A stretch of 64,000 nt of DNA from an uncultured Proteiniphilum sp. (GTDB taxonomy: Bacteria; Bacteroidota; Bacteroidia; Bacteroidales; Dysgonomonadaceae): NCBI GenBank assembly GCA_964607405.1, contig CAZSKF010000001.1, positions 1,140 to 65,139 of the forward strand, written 5' to 3'. Below, one piece after another: positions 21,194-32,631 of this stretch (positions within the stretch are counted from its first letter, which is position 1; the number at the start of each line of letters is the position of its first letter). The notes under the pieces were generated by a model that saw nothing but the letters and a program-made list of their open reading frames with translations, did not search any database and was not told the origin of the DNA. The position numbers were made by a program, and so were the translations under genes.

Positions 21194-22138
21194 ATGACTA
21201 TTTCAGAAGAAATAAAACAATATGCCCTTTCGCTTGGGTTTGATGCTGTTGGCATCTGTCGTGCAGAAGATAGCCAACAGGAGGAAAACTACATGAAATG
21301 GATTAAAGAAGAATGCCAGGGCGAAATGAGCTATATGGAGCGAAACATAGAAAAGCGAGTTGACCCGCGATTGCTGGTTGATGGTGCTAAGTCTATTATA
21401 TCAGTTGCATTAAACTATTTTCCTTACAAACTACAAAACCCTGATGCTCCCAAATTTGCATATTATGCATACGGACAAGATTATCATGACGTGGTGAAGG
21501 GCAAGCTTAAAAAGCTTTTGGAGTTTATACAAGAAAGGCGGCCTGAAGCTGCCGGTCGTTTCTTCTCAGATTCGGCACCCGTGTTAGAAAGATTTTGGGC
21601 TGCAAGAGCAGGATTAGGTTTTGTAGGCAAAAATACGTTATTGATTATACCCGGTAAAGGATCGTTTTTCTTTTTAGGTGAATTAATTATAAACCTGGAA
21701 CTGGATTATGATTCGCCCGTTAGACAAAATTGTGGTGCATGCCGAAGATGTATAGATGCTTGCCCAACACAGGCAATAGAGAGACCACACTTCCTTAACG
21801 CCAAAAAGTGTATTTCGTATCAAACAATTGAGAACCGAGGTGAAATTGATAAAAAGATAATACCCAAGCTGAGCAATAATATATATGGATGCGATATATG
21901 TCAATTGGTTTGCCCATGGAACAGACATGCAAAGCCTCACAATAATGATGAGTTTGCACCATCGGAGGAGTTTTTAGCGCTCAATGCCACTTCAATGATG
22001 GAAATGGATGTTGAGAAATATCGAGAGGTATTTAGAAAATCGGCAGTTAAACGAGCAAAGTTTGAGGGATTAAAGAGAAATCTGGAAGCTTGGAAAGAAT
22101 GGAAGGAAATAGACAATCAGAGGAAAAGCGGACAATAA
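21194..22138 (+). CDS. queG: tRNA epoxyqueuosine(34) reductase
   Basis: YAYGQDYH, CGACRRCIDACPT, CISYQTIE, GCDICQLVCPWN. Confidence 0.95.
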   Translation: MTISEEIKQYALSLGFDAVGICRAEDSQQEENYMKWIKEECQGEMSYMERNIEKRVDPRLLVDGAKSIISVALNYFPYKLQNPDAPKFAYYAYGQDYHDVVKGKLKKLLEFIQERRPEAAGRFFSDSAPVLERFWAARAGLGFVGKNTLLIIPGKGSFFFLGELIINLELDYDSPVRQNCGACRRCIDACPTQAIERPHFLNAKKCISYQTIENRGEIDKKIIPKLSNNIYGCDICQLVCPWNRHAKPHNNDEFAPSEEFLALNATSMMEMDVEKYREVFRKSAVKRAKFEGLKRNLEAWKEWKEIDNQRKSGQ

Positions 22139-22231
22139 CTATCATTTATTCAAAATAATTGCTCATAAACGTGATTTTTGCGGATAGTTTTTGTTATTTT
22201 GCAAGCAGAACACTACAAATTAATACTTACT

Positions 22232-23131
22232 ATGATTAAAAACCTTTATGAGCTAATAGAAAAAGCAAAAAGCAATCCACCAAAAGGTATTGCAGTAGCT
22301 GCAGCAGAAGATGCTTCGGTATTAAAAGCAATCAAGAGCGCTGTAGAGCAAGGAATTGTATCTCCTATTCTTGTAGGCAATCAAAATGAAATTGAATCTT
22401 TGGCAAAAGAAATGGAGTTTGACATTTCAAATATCACTATTATCAACAATACCGAAGGGGCAGCTGTTTCTGCAAAGTTGGCAGTAGATGAAATAAGAAA
22501 AGGCAATGCTGCAATATTGATGAAAGGCAATATTTCAACAGGTACATTGCTGAAGGCTGTTTTAAATAAGGAGGCTGGATTACGTGAGGCCGATTTATTA
22601 AGTCATGTTGCATTTTTTGAATCTCCATATTACCACAAACTGCTTTGTGTGACAGATGTGGCTATGAATATTGCGCCCGACCTTAACGCAAAGGTTCATA
22701 TACTGAAAAATGCTGTAGATGCTTGTCGTAAAATTGGAATTGATAAACCAAAGGTTGCTGTTGTTACTGCAGTAGAAACAGTTAATCCAAACATGCCTTC
22801 TACCGCAGATGCAGCAATGCTAAAGGTTATGAACGAACGAAATCAAATAACAAACTGCATAGTAGATGGTCCTCTGGCTATTGATAATGCAGTAAGTAAA
22901 GAGGCTGCTATTCATAAAAATATTGAGAGTGATGTTGCCGGTGATTGCGATATCATACTAGCCCCCAATATTGAAGCAGGCAATATGTTTTATAAAGCTC
23001 TCAACTTTTTGGGAGGCGCATCGGTTGCGGCAGTAATCATGGGTGCATCTGTGCCTGTAGTTCTCACATCCAGATCAGACAATGAAAACAGCAAGTTGCT
23101 GTCTATTGCACTTGCAGCAGCTATGAATTAA
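22232..23131 (+). CDS. ptb: Phosphate butyryltransferase / branched-chain phosphotransacylase
   Basis: LMKG, VDGPLAIDNA, PNIEAGN, PVVLTSRSD; upstream of buk; start MIKNLYEL at 22232. Confidence 0.9.
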   Translation: MIKNLYELIEKAKSNPPKGIAVAAAEDASVLKAIKSAVEQGIVSPILVGNQNEIESLAKEMEFDISNITIINNTEGAAVSAKLAVDEIRKGNAAILMKGNISTGTLLKAVLNKEAGLREADLLSHVAFFESPYYHKLLCVTDVAMNIAPDLNAKVHILKNAVDACRKIGIDKPKVAVVTAVETVNPNMPSTADAAMLKVMNERNQITNCIVDGPLAIDNAVSKEAAIHKNIESDVAGDCDIILAPNIEAGNMFYKALNFLGGASVAAVIMGASVPVVLTSRSDNENSKLLSIALAAAMN

Positions 23132-23153
23132 TTAACCCACTACAAAAACTATT

Positions 23154-24233
23154 ATGGACAACAACACAAGAATTTTGGTAATCAACCCTGGATCCACATC
23201 CACAAAGATTGCCGTTTATAGAAATGGTAATCCTGTCTTCCTCAAAACCATTCGCCATTCGGTAGAAGAGCTAAGCAAGTTTAAAACCATTGCCGATCAA
23301 TACGAGTATCGTAAAAACATTATCTATCAAGAGCTTAAAGATGCCGAAATAAAACTAGACATGATAGAAGCCGTAATTGGACGAGGCGGATTGGTAAAGC
23401 CTATACCATCGGGAGTTTATCGCATTAATGAGCAAATGAAAAAGGACTTGATAGAGGCTAAGATGGGTGAGCATGCTAGCAACCTTGGAGCTCTAATTGC
23501 TGATGATATCGCAAAGCATCTTCCATCTGCTCAGGCATTTATAGCAGACCCCGTGGTGGTTGACGAACTGGCGCCTATTGCTAGATTTTCAGGGCATCCT
23601 TTGTTTCAAAGAGTTTCAATATTTCATGCACTCAATCAAAAAGCTATTGCCAGACTTCATGCAAAGTCGGTCAACAGAAAATATGAGGATATGAATCTCA
23701 TTGTAGCACATATGGGAGGGGGCATTTCAGTGGGTGTTCATCAAAAAGGCCGTGTGGTGGATGTAAACCAGGCACTTGATGGTGATGGTCCGATATCCCC
23801 CGAAAGATCAGGCACACTACCTACCGGATCATTGCTAAAAATGGCATTCAGTGGTAAATACACCTACGAGGAAATGAAATCGATGGTAGTGGGCAAGGGA
23901 GGCTTATTTGCCTACACTGGTCACAACAATGCTTATGAAGTAGAAAAAGCAGCACTAGAGGGAGATGAAAAGAGCTATGCCATTATGGAGGCTATGGCAT
24001 ATCAAACTGCTAAAGAAATAGGAGCATTTTCAACAGTTTTAAAAGGCAACGTGGATGCTATATTGATTACCGGAGGATTGGCCAATAGTAAATGGTTCTG
24101 CAATCTGATTATCGAGCGTGTTTATAAAATAGCACCTGTATATGTATATCCGGGCGAGGATGAGATGCGTGCTCTAGCCGAGAATGCTTCCTTGGTGCTA
24201 AGTGGAGAACTAGAAGCTAAGGAATATAAATAA
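23154..24233 (+). CDS. buk: Butyrate kinase
   Basis: INPGSTSTK, GEHASNLG, HALNQKA, HMGGGISV, YPGEDE. Confidence 0.96.
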   Translation: MDNNTRILVINPGSTSTKIAVYRNGNPVFLKTIRHSVEELSKFKTIADQYEYRKNIIYQELKDAEIKLDMIEAVIGRGGLVKPIPSGVYRINEQMKKDLIEAKMGEHASNLGALIADDIAKHLPSAQAFIADPVVVDELAPIARFSGHPLFQRVSIFHALNQKAIARLHAKSVNRKYEDMNLIVAHMGGGISVGVHQKGRVVDVNQALDGDGPISPERSGTLPTGSLLKMAFSGKYTYEEMKSMVVGKGGLFAYTGHNNAYEVEKAALEGDEKSYAIMEAMAYQTAKEIGAFSTVLKGNVDAILITGGLANSKWFCNLIIERVYKIAPVYVYPGEDEMRALAENASLVLSGELEAKEYK

Positions 24234-24350
24234 GATTATTGTTGTCAACAACTGGTAGCCAAAAGCTTATAGTTAATAGCTTTTTCCGACATTATAACAG
24301 TATTTTGACTAATTTAGTTCTATATGTTCATTTTCACGTGAAAAAAGCAG

Positions 24351-24358
24351 TACCTTTG
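24351..24358 (+). promoter_or_regulatory. -7 promoter element for adk-obgE-pgeF
   Basis: TACCTTTG 26 nt upstream of the adk ATG. Confidence 0.6.
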
Positions 24359-24383
24359 CGTCTTATTTTTATTATAAGTAAAT

Positions 24384-24962
24384 ATGCTAAACATTGTAAT
24401 ATTTGGAGCTCCGGGCTCAGGCAAAGGCACACAAGGTGAGATGATTGCCAAAAAGTATGAACTAGAACATGTCTCAACAGGTGAACTACTAAGAAATGAA
24501 ATTAAAGCCGAAACAGAGCTTGGCAAAACAGCTAACCAATACATATCAAAAGGACAGTTAGTTCCTGATGGATTAATGATAGATATATTGGATGAACTAA
24601 TCAAATCAAAAAAAGATATTAAAGGTTTTATTTTTGATGGTTTTCCAAGAACAGCAGCTCAAGGCGTGGCTCTTGATGAAAAGCTTGAAGAAAATGGCGT
24701 AAATATATCTACCGTTCTATGTTTGGACGTAGAAGAGGAAGAACTTATAGGGCGCTTACTAAAACGTGGCGAGCTTGAAGGACGTGCCGATGATAACAGA
24801 GAAACAATCGAATCTCGTCTTAAAGTGTATCAACAACAAACTGAGCCTCTAAAGGAATTCTACAACAAACAAGGCAAACTATCCGTTATAGAAGGAAGTG
24901 GTAGCATTGATGCTATATTCAATTCTATTGAAAAGGTTATTGATAACCATTTAGAAAAATAA
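24384..24962 (+). CDS. adk: Adenylate kinase (short LID)
   Basis: GAPGSGKGTQ, STGELLR, FDGFPRT. Confidence 0.96.
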   Translation: MLNIVIFGAPGSGKGTQGEMIAKKYELEHVSTGELLRNEIKAETELGKTANQYISKGQLVPDGLMIDILDELIKSKKDIKGFIFDGFPRTAAQGVALDEKLEENGVNISTVLCLDVEEEELIGRLLKRGELEGRADDNRETIESRLKVYQQQTEPLKEFYNKQGKLSVIEGSGSIDAIFNSIEKVIDNHLEK

Positions 24963-24968
24963 TAAACA

Positions 24969-26147
24969 ATGAGTGGATCTAATTTTGTAGATTATGTGAA
25001 AATATTCTGTCGCTCTGGCAAGGGCGGCAGAGGCTCTTCACATTTTAGAAGAGAAAAACATGTCCCAAAAGGAGGTCCTGATGGGGGTGATGGTGGTCAT
25101 GGTGGTCATATCATTCTGCGTGGCAACAGGAACTACTGGACACTACTGCATCTGAGATATCAGAAACATATATTTGCAGGACACGGAGAAGGAGGCAAAG
25201 GCAAAAAAAGCTTTGGCAAAGATGGTGATGACAAAATCATCGAGGTTCCGTGTGGCACAGTAGTATATGATGCCGAAACAGGTGAATACCTATGCGATAT
25301 CACAGAGCATGATCAAGAGGTAATACTTCTTAAAGGAGGTAGAGGAGGATTAGGAAATACTCACTTTAAAACTGCCACAAATCAAGCTCCTAGATATGCT
25401 CAACCAGGCGAGCCATTTGAAGAGAAATGGGTCATTCTTGAACTAAAACTTCTTGCAGATGTGGGGCTGGTAGGACTTCCAAATGCTGGAAAGTCAACTC
25501 TATTATCAGTTGTATCAGCGGCAAAGCCAAAGATTGCAGATTATCCATTTACAACTCTAAAACCCAACTTGGGTATCGTTAGTTATAGAGACTCTAAGTC
25601 TTTTGTAATAGCTGATATTCCGGGTATTATAGAAGGGGCTAGTGAAGGAAAAGGCCTTGGTCTTAGATTCTTGAGGCACATAGAAAGAAACTCGCTTCTT
25701 TTATTTATGGTTCCGGCAGATAGTGATGATATTCATGAGGAATATAAGATGTTGCTCAATGAGCTCACCGTTTATAATCCTGAACTTCTAGACAAACAAA
25801 GGATATTAGCAATTACAAAATCTGATATGCTGGATGATGAACTAATCCAAGAGATATCTGATCAATTACCGTCAATTCCGTATGTATTTATATCTTCAAT
25901 AACCGGATTGGGTGTTCAAAGCCTAAAGGATCTAATTTGGAAAGAATTAAACTCAGATGGCGTATTTAGCAGAGAAGAGGCTTATAAGGCAACAATCCAC
26001 AAACCATTAGATATTCAAACTCTTGAGCTTGACGAAGATGATGAGGATTTTGACTATGAGTTCGAGGATGAAGATTATGATGACGAAGACTTTGATGACG
26101 AATACTTTGACGAGGATGGATTTAATTATTACGAAGAGGAGTTTTAA
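24969..26147 (+). CDS. obgE: GTPase ObgE/CgtA
   Basis: [26 protein letters not shown]; acidic C-terminal tail. Confidence 0.97.
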   Translation: MSGSNFVDYVKIFCRSGKGGRGSSHFRREKHVPKGGPDGGDGGHGGHIILRGNRNYWTLLHLRYQKHIFAGHGEGGKGKKSFGKDGDDKIIEVPCGTVVYDAETGEYLCDITEHDQEVILLKGGRGGLGNTHFKTATNQAPRYAQPGEPFEEKWVILELKLLADVGLVGLPNAGKSTLLSVVSAAKPKIADYPFTTLKPNLGIVSYRDSKSFVIADIPGIIEGASEGKGLGLRFLRHIERNSLLLFMVPADSDDIHEEYKMLLNELTVYNPELLDKQRILAITKSDMLDDELIQEISDQLPSIPYVFISSITGLGVQSLKDLIWKELNSDGVFSREEAYKATIHKPLDIQTLELDEDDEDFDYEFEDEDYDDEDFDDEYFDEDGFNYYEEEF

Positions 26148-26149
26148 AA

Positions 26150-26965
26150 ATGATTAGAGACACAGAATATCCCGAGCTGCTTTTTTTTGAAAAGCTTAAG
26201 AGTTATCCTGAAGTTTCACACTTTTCAACCACAAGAAACGGAGGGGTAAGTTTAGGCGAGTTTGCCTCTCTTAACTTGGGGAATTATTCGGATGATAATC
26301 CCTTAAATATTTATGAGAATAGAAGAATTATTGCTCATAAGTTTTATCTTGAACCTGAACAACTAATAACACCACATCAAACACACGGATGCAAGGTTAT
26401 TAATATAGATAATGACTTTCTAAACCTTGACAAATCAACTCAGATAGATATGCTATATGGAGTGGACTCATCAATAACCAACATTAATGGCTTATTCCTG
26501 TGTGTTACCACTGCTGATTGTGTTCCCATACTCTTATATGATCCCGTCAATAAAGCCTCTGCTGCTATTCATGCAGGATGGAAAGGAACATATACGCGCA
26601 TAGTTGAAAATACAATTGATGCAATGATTTATGCATTTGGGTCGTCAGCAAAAGACATTATTGCATGCATAGGTCCATCAATCAGTATTGATAATTATGA
26701 AGTAGGCAAAGAAGTAAAATCATTATTTATTGATAACGGATTCGAACTAAACAGCAGCAACTCATTTATCAATAAGGAGACCGGAAAAATACATCTAGAC
26801 CTCAAAGAAATAAATAAGCAGGAATTGATAAGACTGGGAGTTGAAGCACAAAATATAGAAAAGACCAGCTACTGTACCTATAACAATAGTGACTTATTCT
26901 TCTCAGCTCGCAGACAATCCATTAAGTCAGGAAGAATGCTTACAGGCATTATGATTAACAAGTAA
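26150..26965 (+). CDS. pgeF: Peptidoglycan editing factor PgeF / YfiH laccase-domain protein
   Basis: QTHG, TADCVPILL, HAGWKG, FFSARR. Confidence 0.92.
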   Translation: MIRDTEYPELLFFEKLKSYPEVSHFSTTRNGGVSLGEFASLNLGNYSDDNPLNIYENRRIIAHKFYLEPEQLITPHQTHGCKVINIDNDFLNLDKSTQIDMLYGVDSSITNINGLFLCVTTADCVPILLYDPVNKASAAIHAGWKGTYTRIVENTIDAMIYAFGSSAKDIIACIGPSISIDNYEVGKEVKSLFIDNGFELNSSNSFINKETGKIHLDLKEINKQELIRLGVEAQNIEKTSYCTYNNSDLFFSARRQSIKSGRMLTGIMINK

Positions 26966-27049
26966 AAGAAAGCTGTATCAAAATATAAAATAAACTTCTG
27001 AGAATTGAATCTTTGTAATCAATCCCAGACAGAGGGGTACATATAGAAA

Positions 27050-27079
27050 GAGGGTGAAATCACATTGTGATACACCCTC
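27050..27079. terminator. Hairpin between convergent pgeF and sod
   Basis: GAGGGTG-aa-ATCACA-t-TGTGAT-a-CACCCTC. Confidence 0.65.
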
Positions 27080-27111
27080 CTTATATTATAATCAATAAAT
27101 CAATAAAAACA

Positions 27112-27801
27112 CTAGTAACGGTTACTTACAACTTCCCAATCAATAATGTTCCAAATTTCTTTTAAGTGGTCAGCACGACGATTTTGATAATCTAGATAAT
27201 ATGCATGCTCCCACACATCAAATCCAAGAATAGGAGTTAAGTCTTTTGTTAAAGGATTTCCTCCGTTAGGCTCTTTCTCAATGTGCAATTTGCCGCTGTC
27301 ATCTTTTGCAAGCCATACCCATCCTGAACCAAATACTGAAGCTCCAGCTGCGTTAAACTCTTCTTTAAATTTATCGAACGAGCCATATTGCGAATTAATT
27401 GCTTCTGCTAATTTGCCTTGAGGTTCTCCACCGCCATTTGCTTTAAATGAAGTGAAATATATGTTGTGATTTAGAGCCTGTCCAGCATTATTAAAAATTG
27501 CACCATCGCTCTTTTTCACGATAGTTTCAAGATCTGCATTTTCAAATTCTGTTCCTACAATCAGCCTATTCAAGTTATCGATATATGCTTGATGGTGCTT
27601 ACCGTAGTGAAGCTCAATTGTTGTTTTACTAATAACTGGCTCTAGAGCATCAGTTGCATAAGGAAGTGCTACTTTTTCGAATTTCATTGTTTTTAAATTT
27701 TTAGAATTATTATTTTCGTTATTTTTTGCATTTGTGTTACCGCACGATACTGCGCTTATAGCAAAAATGCTTGCTAATAAATAATACTTGATCGTCTTCA
27801 T
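27112..27801 (-). CDS. sod: Fe/Mn (probably cambialistic) superoxide dismutase with N-terminal lipoprotein signal
   Basis: HYGKHH, NNAGQALNH, FGSGW, DVWEHAYY; leader MKTIKYYLLASIFAISAVS-C. Confidence 0.93.
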   Translation of the reverse strand: MKTIKYYLLASIFAISAVSCGNTNAKNNENNNSKNLKTMKFEKVALPYATDALEPVISKTTIELHYGKHHQAYIDNLNRLIVGTEFENADLETIVKKSDGAIFNNAGQALNHNIYFTSFKANGGGEPQGKLAEAINSQYGSFDKFKEEFNAAGASVFGSGWVWLAKDDSGKLHIEKEPNGGNPLTKDLTPILGFDVWEHAYYLDYQNRRADHLKEIWNIIDWEVVSNRY

Positions 27802-27912
27802 AAAATCCAAGTTTTATATAATTATCTTTTTGATATTAGTATAACGGTATAATAAAAGATATGTTCATATAATAGATTTCACCAAAGTAGGATAATCTAA
27901 AAATAGGAGTAT

Positions 27913-27946
27913 AAAAAAACAGTCCGACTCATAAAGTACGGACTGT
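27913..27946 (-). terminator. Intrinsic terminator of ftsH
   Basis: ACAGTCCG...CGGACTGT stem preceded by an A7 run (U tract on the minus strand). Confidence 0.7.
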
Positions 27947-28016
27947 CAAGTAGTTTATAATAATGATTGATAAATAAAATACGAGTTTGTTTTTATTTAT
28001 ACAATCTCAATTTACA

Positions 28017-30062
28017 TTAATTCTCACGAGAAGGGGGATTTGAACCAGGTACCTGATCATTCCCTTTTGAAGAATTATCATATACGTTTTTTGATCTGCT
28101 TTCGCTCTCAAGAATCTCTTGTGAACGAGAAACCCAAGCTCTCTTACCAAAGATAGACTCCAGGTTCTCAGCATATATAATCTCTTTCTCCATCAATATA
28201 TCAGACAATGCATGGTGACCCTCAACATGCTTGCTCAAAAGATCTTTAGCACGTTGATATTGCTCTGCAACCATAATCTTAACCTCCGAATCGATAAGCT
28301 CAGCTGTTTTCTCACTATATGGTTTTTGGAAGCTATAATCCTGGCCGCTTGAATCATAATAGCTTAAGTTTGCAATCTTATCACTCATACCAAGATATGC
28401 AATCATACCGTATGCTTGTTTAGTTACTCGCTCAAGGTCGTTCATTGCACCGGATGAAATTTTACCCATAAACAGCTCTTCAGCTGCACGTCCGCCAAGA
28501 AGCGCACACATCTCATCAAGCATTTGCTCCTTAGTTGTTATTTGTCTTTCTTCGGGTAAATACCATGCAGCGCCAAGAGCTTTTCCACGAGGAACTATAG
28601 TTACTTTAACCAAAGGGTTAGCATGCTCCAAGAACCAGCTCAAAGTAGCATGACCAGCCTCATGCACAGCTATTGTACGCTTTTCATCCTCAGTAATAAT
28701 CTTATTTTTCTTTTCCAGACCTCCCACTATTCTATCAACAGCATTAATAAAGTCTTCGCTTTCCACAAATTGCTTTTTGCCTCGTGCAGCTATCAGCGCC
28801 GCTTCGTTACATACGTTAGCTATATCGGCACCACTAAAGCCCGGTGTTTGGCGAGAAAGAAACTCAACATCAACCGACTCGTCAATCTTTATAGGACGCA
28901 AATGAACATTGAAAATCTCTTTACGCTCATTCAAGTCGGGCAATTCCACATGTATTTGTCTGTCAAACCTACCTGCACGCAGCAATGCTTTATCCAGAAT
29001 ATCAGCCCTATTTGTTGCAGCCAATATAATAACACCACTATTAGAACCAAAACCATCCATCTCAGTCAATAATTGGTTCAATGTATTTTCTCGCTCATCA
29101 TTTGAGCCCATATTCACATTCTTGCCACGGGCACGCCCCACAGCATCAATTTCATCTATAAATACAATTGAAGGTGATTTTTCTTTAGCCTGACGGAACA
29201 GATCTCGCACACGTGAAGCTCCCACTCCAACAAACATTTCAACAAAATCTGAACCCGAAATTGAAAAGAACGGCACATTTGCTTCACCTGCAACAGCCTT
29301 TGCCAATAACGTTTTCCCCGTTCCGGGAGGACCTACCAGCAATGCACCCTTAGGTATTTTACCACCCAAATTAGTGTAGTTGCTTGGATGCTTAAGAAAC
29401 TCAACAATCTCCTGCACCTCCTCTTTAGCTTCCGACAATCCGGCAACATCTTTAAAGGTAACCTTAGTTCCTGAGTCCTTGTCAAACAATTGAGCCTTAG
29501 CCTTGCCAACGCTAAATATTCCGCCTGCACCACCACCGGCACCACCGCCCTGCATTCGGCGCATCATCCATATCCAGAATACAATCAATAAAAGAAACGG
29601 AGCAAATGAAAGAATAGACTTCCAAATCTCAGAACTTGGATTAAAATCAAGCTCCACGTCATAGCCTTTCTCATCTATCACATTTTGAATAAAATCTGCA
29701 GCACCTTGCGGCGTAGATGTATTAACCGTTATAAAAGGGTTGTTTTTAAACTTTTCAGCATCGTCACCAAACACATAGTTAATAGATTCCGATCTTACTT
29801 TTGCATCAGCAGTAGTTTTATTATTATATACTACGATGCTCTCAAGCCTGTTATCTTTCACGTATTCCTGAAACTCAGACCAATTGACGTTCTTGACAGT
29901 CTTGTTTTGCCCAAAAAACAACATACCAATCAAGCCCATCGATAGTATTGCATAAATCCAATAAATATTAAACGGCTTATTAGAATTAGGGCCACCCAAT
30001 CCGCCTGGTCTGACCGGTCTTGAAGGCTTATTTTTTTGTGAATTATTATTTTTCTTGTCCAT
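28017..30062 (-). CDS. ftsH: ATP-dependent zinc metalloprotease FtsH
   Basis: Two TMs, [22 protein letters not shown]. Confidence 0.97.
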   Translation of the reverse strand: MDKKNNNSQKNKPSRPVRPGGLGGPNSNKPFNIYWIYAILSMGLIGMLFFGQNKTVKNVNWSEFQEYVKDNRLESIVVYNNKTTADAKVRSESINYVFGDDAEKFKNNPFITVNTSTPQGAADFIQNVIDEKGYDVELDFNPSSEIWKSILSFAPFLLLIVFWIWMMRRMQGGGAGGGAGGIFSVGKAKAQLFDKDSGTKVTFKDVAGLSEAKEEVQEIVEFLKHPSNYTNLGGKIPKGALLVGPPGTGKTLLAKAVAGEANVPFFSISGSDFVEMFVGVGASRVRDLFRQAKEKSPSIVFIDEIDAVGRARGKNVNMGSNDERENTLNQLLTEMDGFGSNSGVIILAATNRADILDKALLRAGRFDRQIHVELPDLNERKEIFNVHLRPIKIDESVDVEFLSRQTPGFSGADIANVCNEAALIAARGKKQFVESEDFINAVDRIVGGLEKKNKIITEDEKRTIAVHEAGHATLSWFLEHANPLVKVTIVPRGKALGAAWYLPEERQITTKEQMLDEMCALLGGRAAEELFMGKISSGAMNDLERVTKQAYGMIAYLGMSDKIANLSYYDSSGQDYSFQKPYSEKTAELIDSEVKIMVAEQYQRAKDLLSKHVEGHHALSDILMEKEIIYAENLESIFGKRAWVSRSQEILESESRSKNVYDNSSKGNDQVPGSNPPSREN

Positions 30063-30120
30063 TAAATAATTGCTATAATTTTCTGATGATTATATGTAAC
30101 AAATTAATTGATAATTAGTT

Positions 30121-30483
30121 TTAGTCTAAAGAGGGTATAAGCTCCAGCGGAGCATCCTCCCACAGATTATCTATATTATAAAACGTTCTCAAATCCGGTA
30201 AGAATACATGAACAATAACATCACCATAATCGATACCAATCCATTCGGATCTTTGTTGTCCCTGCACACGAATAGGATGCTCGTGAGTTTTCTTTTTCAC
30301 AGTGGTTTCAATAGATTCAGCTATTGAAGACACCTGCGAAGGTGTATTACCCTCACAAATAATAAAATAATCACAAACAACCCCGGGAATTCCGGTAAGA
30401 TTTATTTTAGTTATTTTCTTTCCTTTCTTCTCTTGAATTCCTTCAATGATACTATCTATTAATTCTAATTTTGATTCTTTCAT
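30121..30483 (-). CDS. rsfS: Ribosome silencing factor RsfS (Iojap)
   Basis: DYFIIC, WIGIDYGDVIVHVF, R.FY.ID.LW; start MKESK at 30483. Confidence 0.93.
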   Translation of the reverse strand: MKESKLELIDSIIEGIQEKKGKKITKINLTGIPGVVCDYFIICEGNTPSQVSSIAESIETTVKKKTHEHPIRVQGQQRSEWIGIDYGDVIVHVFLPDLRTFYNIDNLWEDAPLELIPSLD

Positions 30484-30634
30484 TCTATATTTTAATGAGT
30501 TATGTATGCAAAGATAATCTCTTTTTGGCAATCTCGCACTTATTGTATAGTACAAAAAGAATGCCAAAACATTAATCTTGTGAATATATCTTCTTTATTT
30601 TATGTTATTTAAGATACTATTGAGCAAAAACCTG

Positions 30635-31255
30635 TCACTTATCAAACAAAATGTCAATCTGTCTATCTATTAGATTAAAACTCATTCGGTGATAAGGAGT
30701 GATTCCAAACTCTTTGATTGCCGCCTTATGCTCTTTAGTAGGATAACCTTTATTCTTCTTCCAATTATAATCAGGATATTCGGCATGAATCTTAGCCATA
30801 TACTCATCCCTATATGTCTTGGCAAGAACAGAAGCTGCTGCTATTGACAAATATTTTGCATCACCTCCCACAATACAGGTATGCTCAATATTGGGATAAG
30901 GCCTAAATCTATTACCGTCAACCAAGATATGCTCCGGAAAAACCTTCAACCCACCAACTGCCCTATGCATAGCCTCAACAGATGCCCACAGTATATTCAT
31001 TTCATCAATCTCGGTAGGCGAACAAATACCTATTGCATAGGAAATGGCATTTTGCTCAATTATGGGTCGCAACTCATTTCGCTTTTTCTCTGTCAGCTGC
31101 TTAGAGTCATTAAGCTCTTCACACACAAAATCGTATGGCAATATCACTGTCGCAGCAAATACAGGTCCCGCAAGGCATCCCCTGCCCGCTTCGTCACACC
31201 CAACCTCTAAACGATTAGGCACTATAGAATGTTTTAGCATGCTCATATGCTTCAT
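30635..31255 (-). CDS. rnhB: Ribonuclease HII
   Basis: [33 protein letters not shown]; exact start uncertain. Confidence 0.95.
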   Translation of the reverse strand: MKHMSMLKHSIVPNRLEVGCDEAGRGCLAGPVFAATVILPYDFVCEELNDSKQLTEKKRNELRPIIEQNAISYAIGICSPTEIDEMNILWASVEAMHRAVGGLKVFPEHILVDGNRFRPYPNIEHTCIVGGDAKYLSIAAASVLAKTYRDEYMAKIHAEYPDYNWKKNKGYPTKEHKAAIKEFGITPYHRMSFNLIDRQIDILFDK

Positions 31256-32502
31256 TTCAATTTTATTGTCAACTTATTATCAGATGGAGGAAAATCAATA
31301 CTAAAAGATGAAGCTTCAAAATCGTCATCACCCATCACTTTTGCAAAGCGCTCTATTATACTATATGTATCTTCAGATATTTTCTCATCTCCCGCAGCGT
31401 GCAGTACACTCATCCTGGTCAGCAAATCAATAAGTGCAGACATAGACTCCTGCGCCAAAGGCATCCCTATATTCTTCAATCTGTTAGACACAGCCCTTCT
31501 GGCCAAAGCTTCATGCTTGCTCAAATACTTTTTTTGCAATTCGGGCTCAGACGGAACACTATCAATCTTATATGTATCAACAGAAAGCACTCCATCATTC
31601 AATTTCAAAATACGATATGGAAAAGGATATTGAGCCAAACTACCAGTCTCAATGTCGTAAATACAATTTCCACTCGGAGATGTATAAACGGTTATATCAT
31701 TAGCATGAAAGTGTCCTGTAAGCATCACTTTTAGTCCCGCATCGGCCAATTGTTGTGCTCTGTTTTGCCAATCTTCAATTAAATAATCGGCAAAGAAGGT
31801 GCTTTGATAAGGCAAATGCTCTACCAAGCCATGGTGCATCATCCCCACAACTGTAATACCTCTCTTTTGGGACTCATCCAATACATTCAAAACCCACTTC
31901 ATCGTCTCAGCATCAATTCGTCCTGCTGAAGTATATCCCAATTTATACTCATCGTATAAATTAGTATCCAGAGCCAACAGCCAGGCAGTCTCATCCAGCT
32001 CTGTCACGTAGCTCAAGGAGTTTTTATCTCTCATCACAGCCTGGTCATATCCAAAGGGTTTATACAAATCAATAAACTCTTGAGGTGAAACAGAGCTTAC
32101 ATTCTCTGCCCTATCTCCAATATAAGATTTGGAGTTAGATATATTTATATCATGATTGCCCGGAATAATCATAACCCTTATGCCATATTGCTTCAGTAAA
32201 TTGAGTTTTTCGATTAATTCAATATGGCTTTGTTTTTCGCCATGATTAGTCAAATCACCGGTGATGAGAAGCACATCCACACTCTGGTCCTTAATCTCAG
32301 CTAGAGTTTTATCCAGCACCTCGTGATTCACCACCACGTTGCGACCTGTTGACTCTTCATATCGTGCTAAAGCTTCTCCTTTTGATACTAACTGTGATGA
32401 CAAATAATGAATGTCAGATATCACTGCAATTTTGATATCTTGCGAATACATAATTGATAACCGCACAGATAATAAAAGCACAAACAAAAATATCTTTTTC
32501 AT
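31252..32502 (-). CDS. Exported calcineurin-like metallophosphoesterase
   Basis: Signal peptide; SDIH, TGDLT, PGNHD, HH, GHFH. Confidence 0.88.
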   Translation of the reverse strand: MKKIFLFVLLLSVRLSIMYSQDIKIAVISDIHYLSSQLVSKGEALARYEESTGRNVVVNHEVLDKTLAEIKDQSVDVLLITGDLTNHGEKQSHIELIEKLNLLKQYGIRVMIIPGNHDINISNSKSYIGDRAENVSSVSPQEFIDLYKPFGYDQAVMRDKNSLSYVTELDETAWLLALDTNLYDEYKLGYTSAGRIDAETMKWVLNVLDESQKRGITVVGMMHHGLVEHLPYQSTFFADYLIEDWQNRAQQLADAGLKVMLTGHFHANDITVYTSPSGNCIYDIETGSLAQYPFPYRILKLNDGVLSVDTYKIDSVPSEPELQKKYLSKHEALARRAVSNRLKNIGMPLAQESMSALIDLLTRMSVLHAAGDEKISEDTYSIIERFAKVMGDDDFEASSFSIDFPPSDNKLTIKLK

Positions 32503-32552
32503 ACATGAAAAGGGGGTTTACAAATTGAAGTATATATAGAGCGGACAAACAT

Positions 32553-32604
32553 AAAAAAAGAAAATCAGCAAATCAACTCTATAAATAGATGATTTGCTGA
32601 TTTC
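32553..32604 (-). terminator. Intrinsic terminator of dnaA
   Basis: AAATCAGCAAATCA...TGATTTGCTGATTT stem with an adjacent A tract on the + strand. Confidence 0.75.
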
Positions 32605-32631
32605 AATATTTTTATCAATGCAGAACTGAGT

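Noticed and set aside
20355-21197. 280-aa + strand ORF
   Set aside because: Antisense shadow of the hydrophobic flippase gene; no recognisable motifs.
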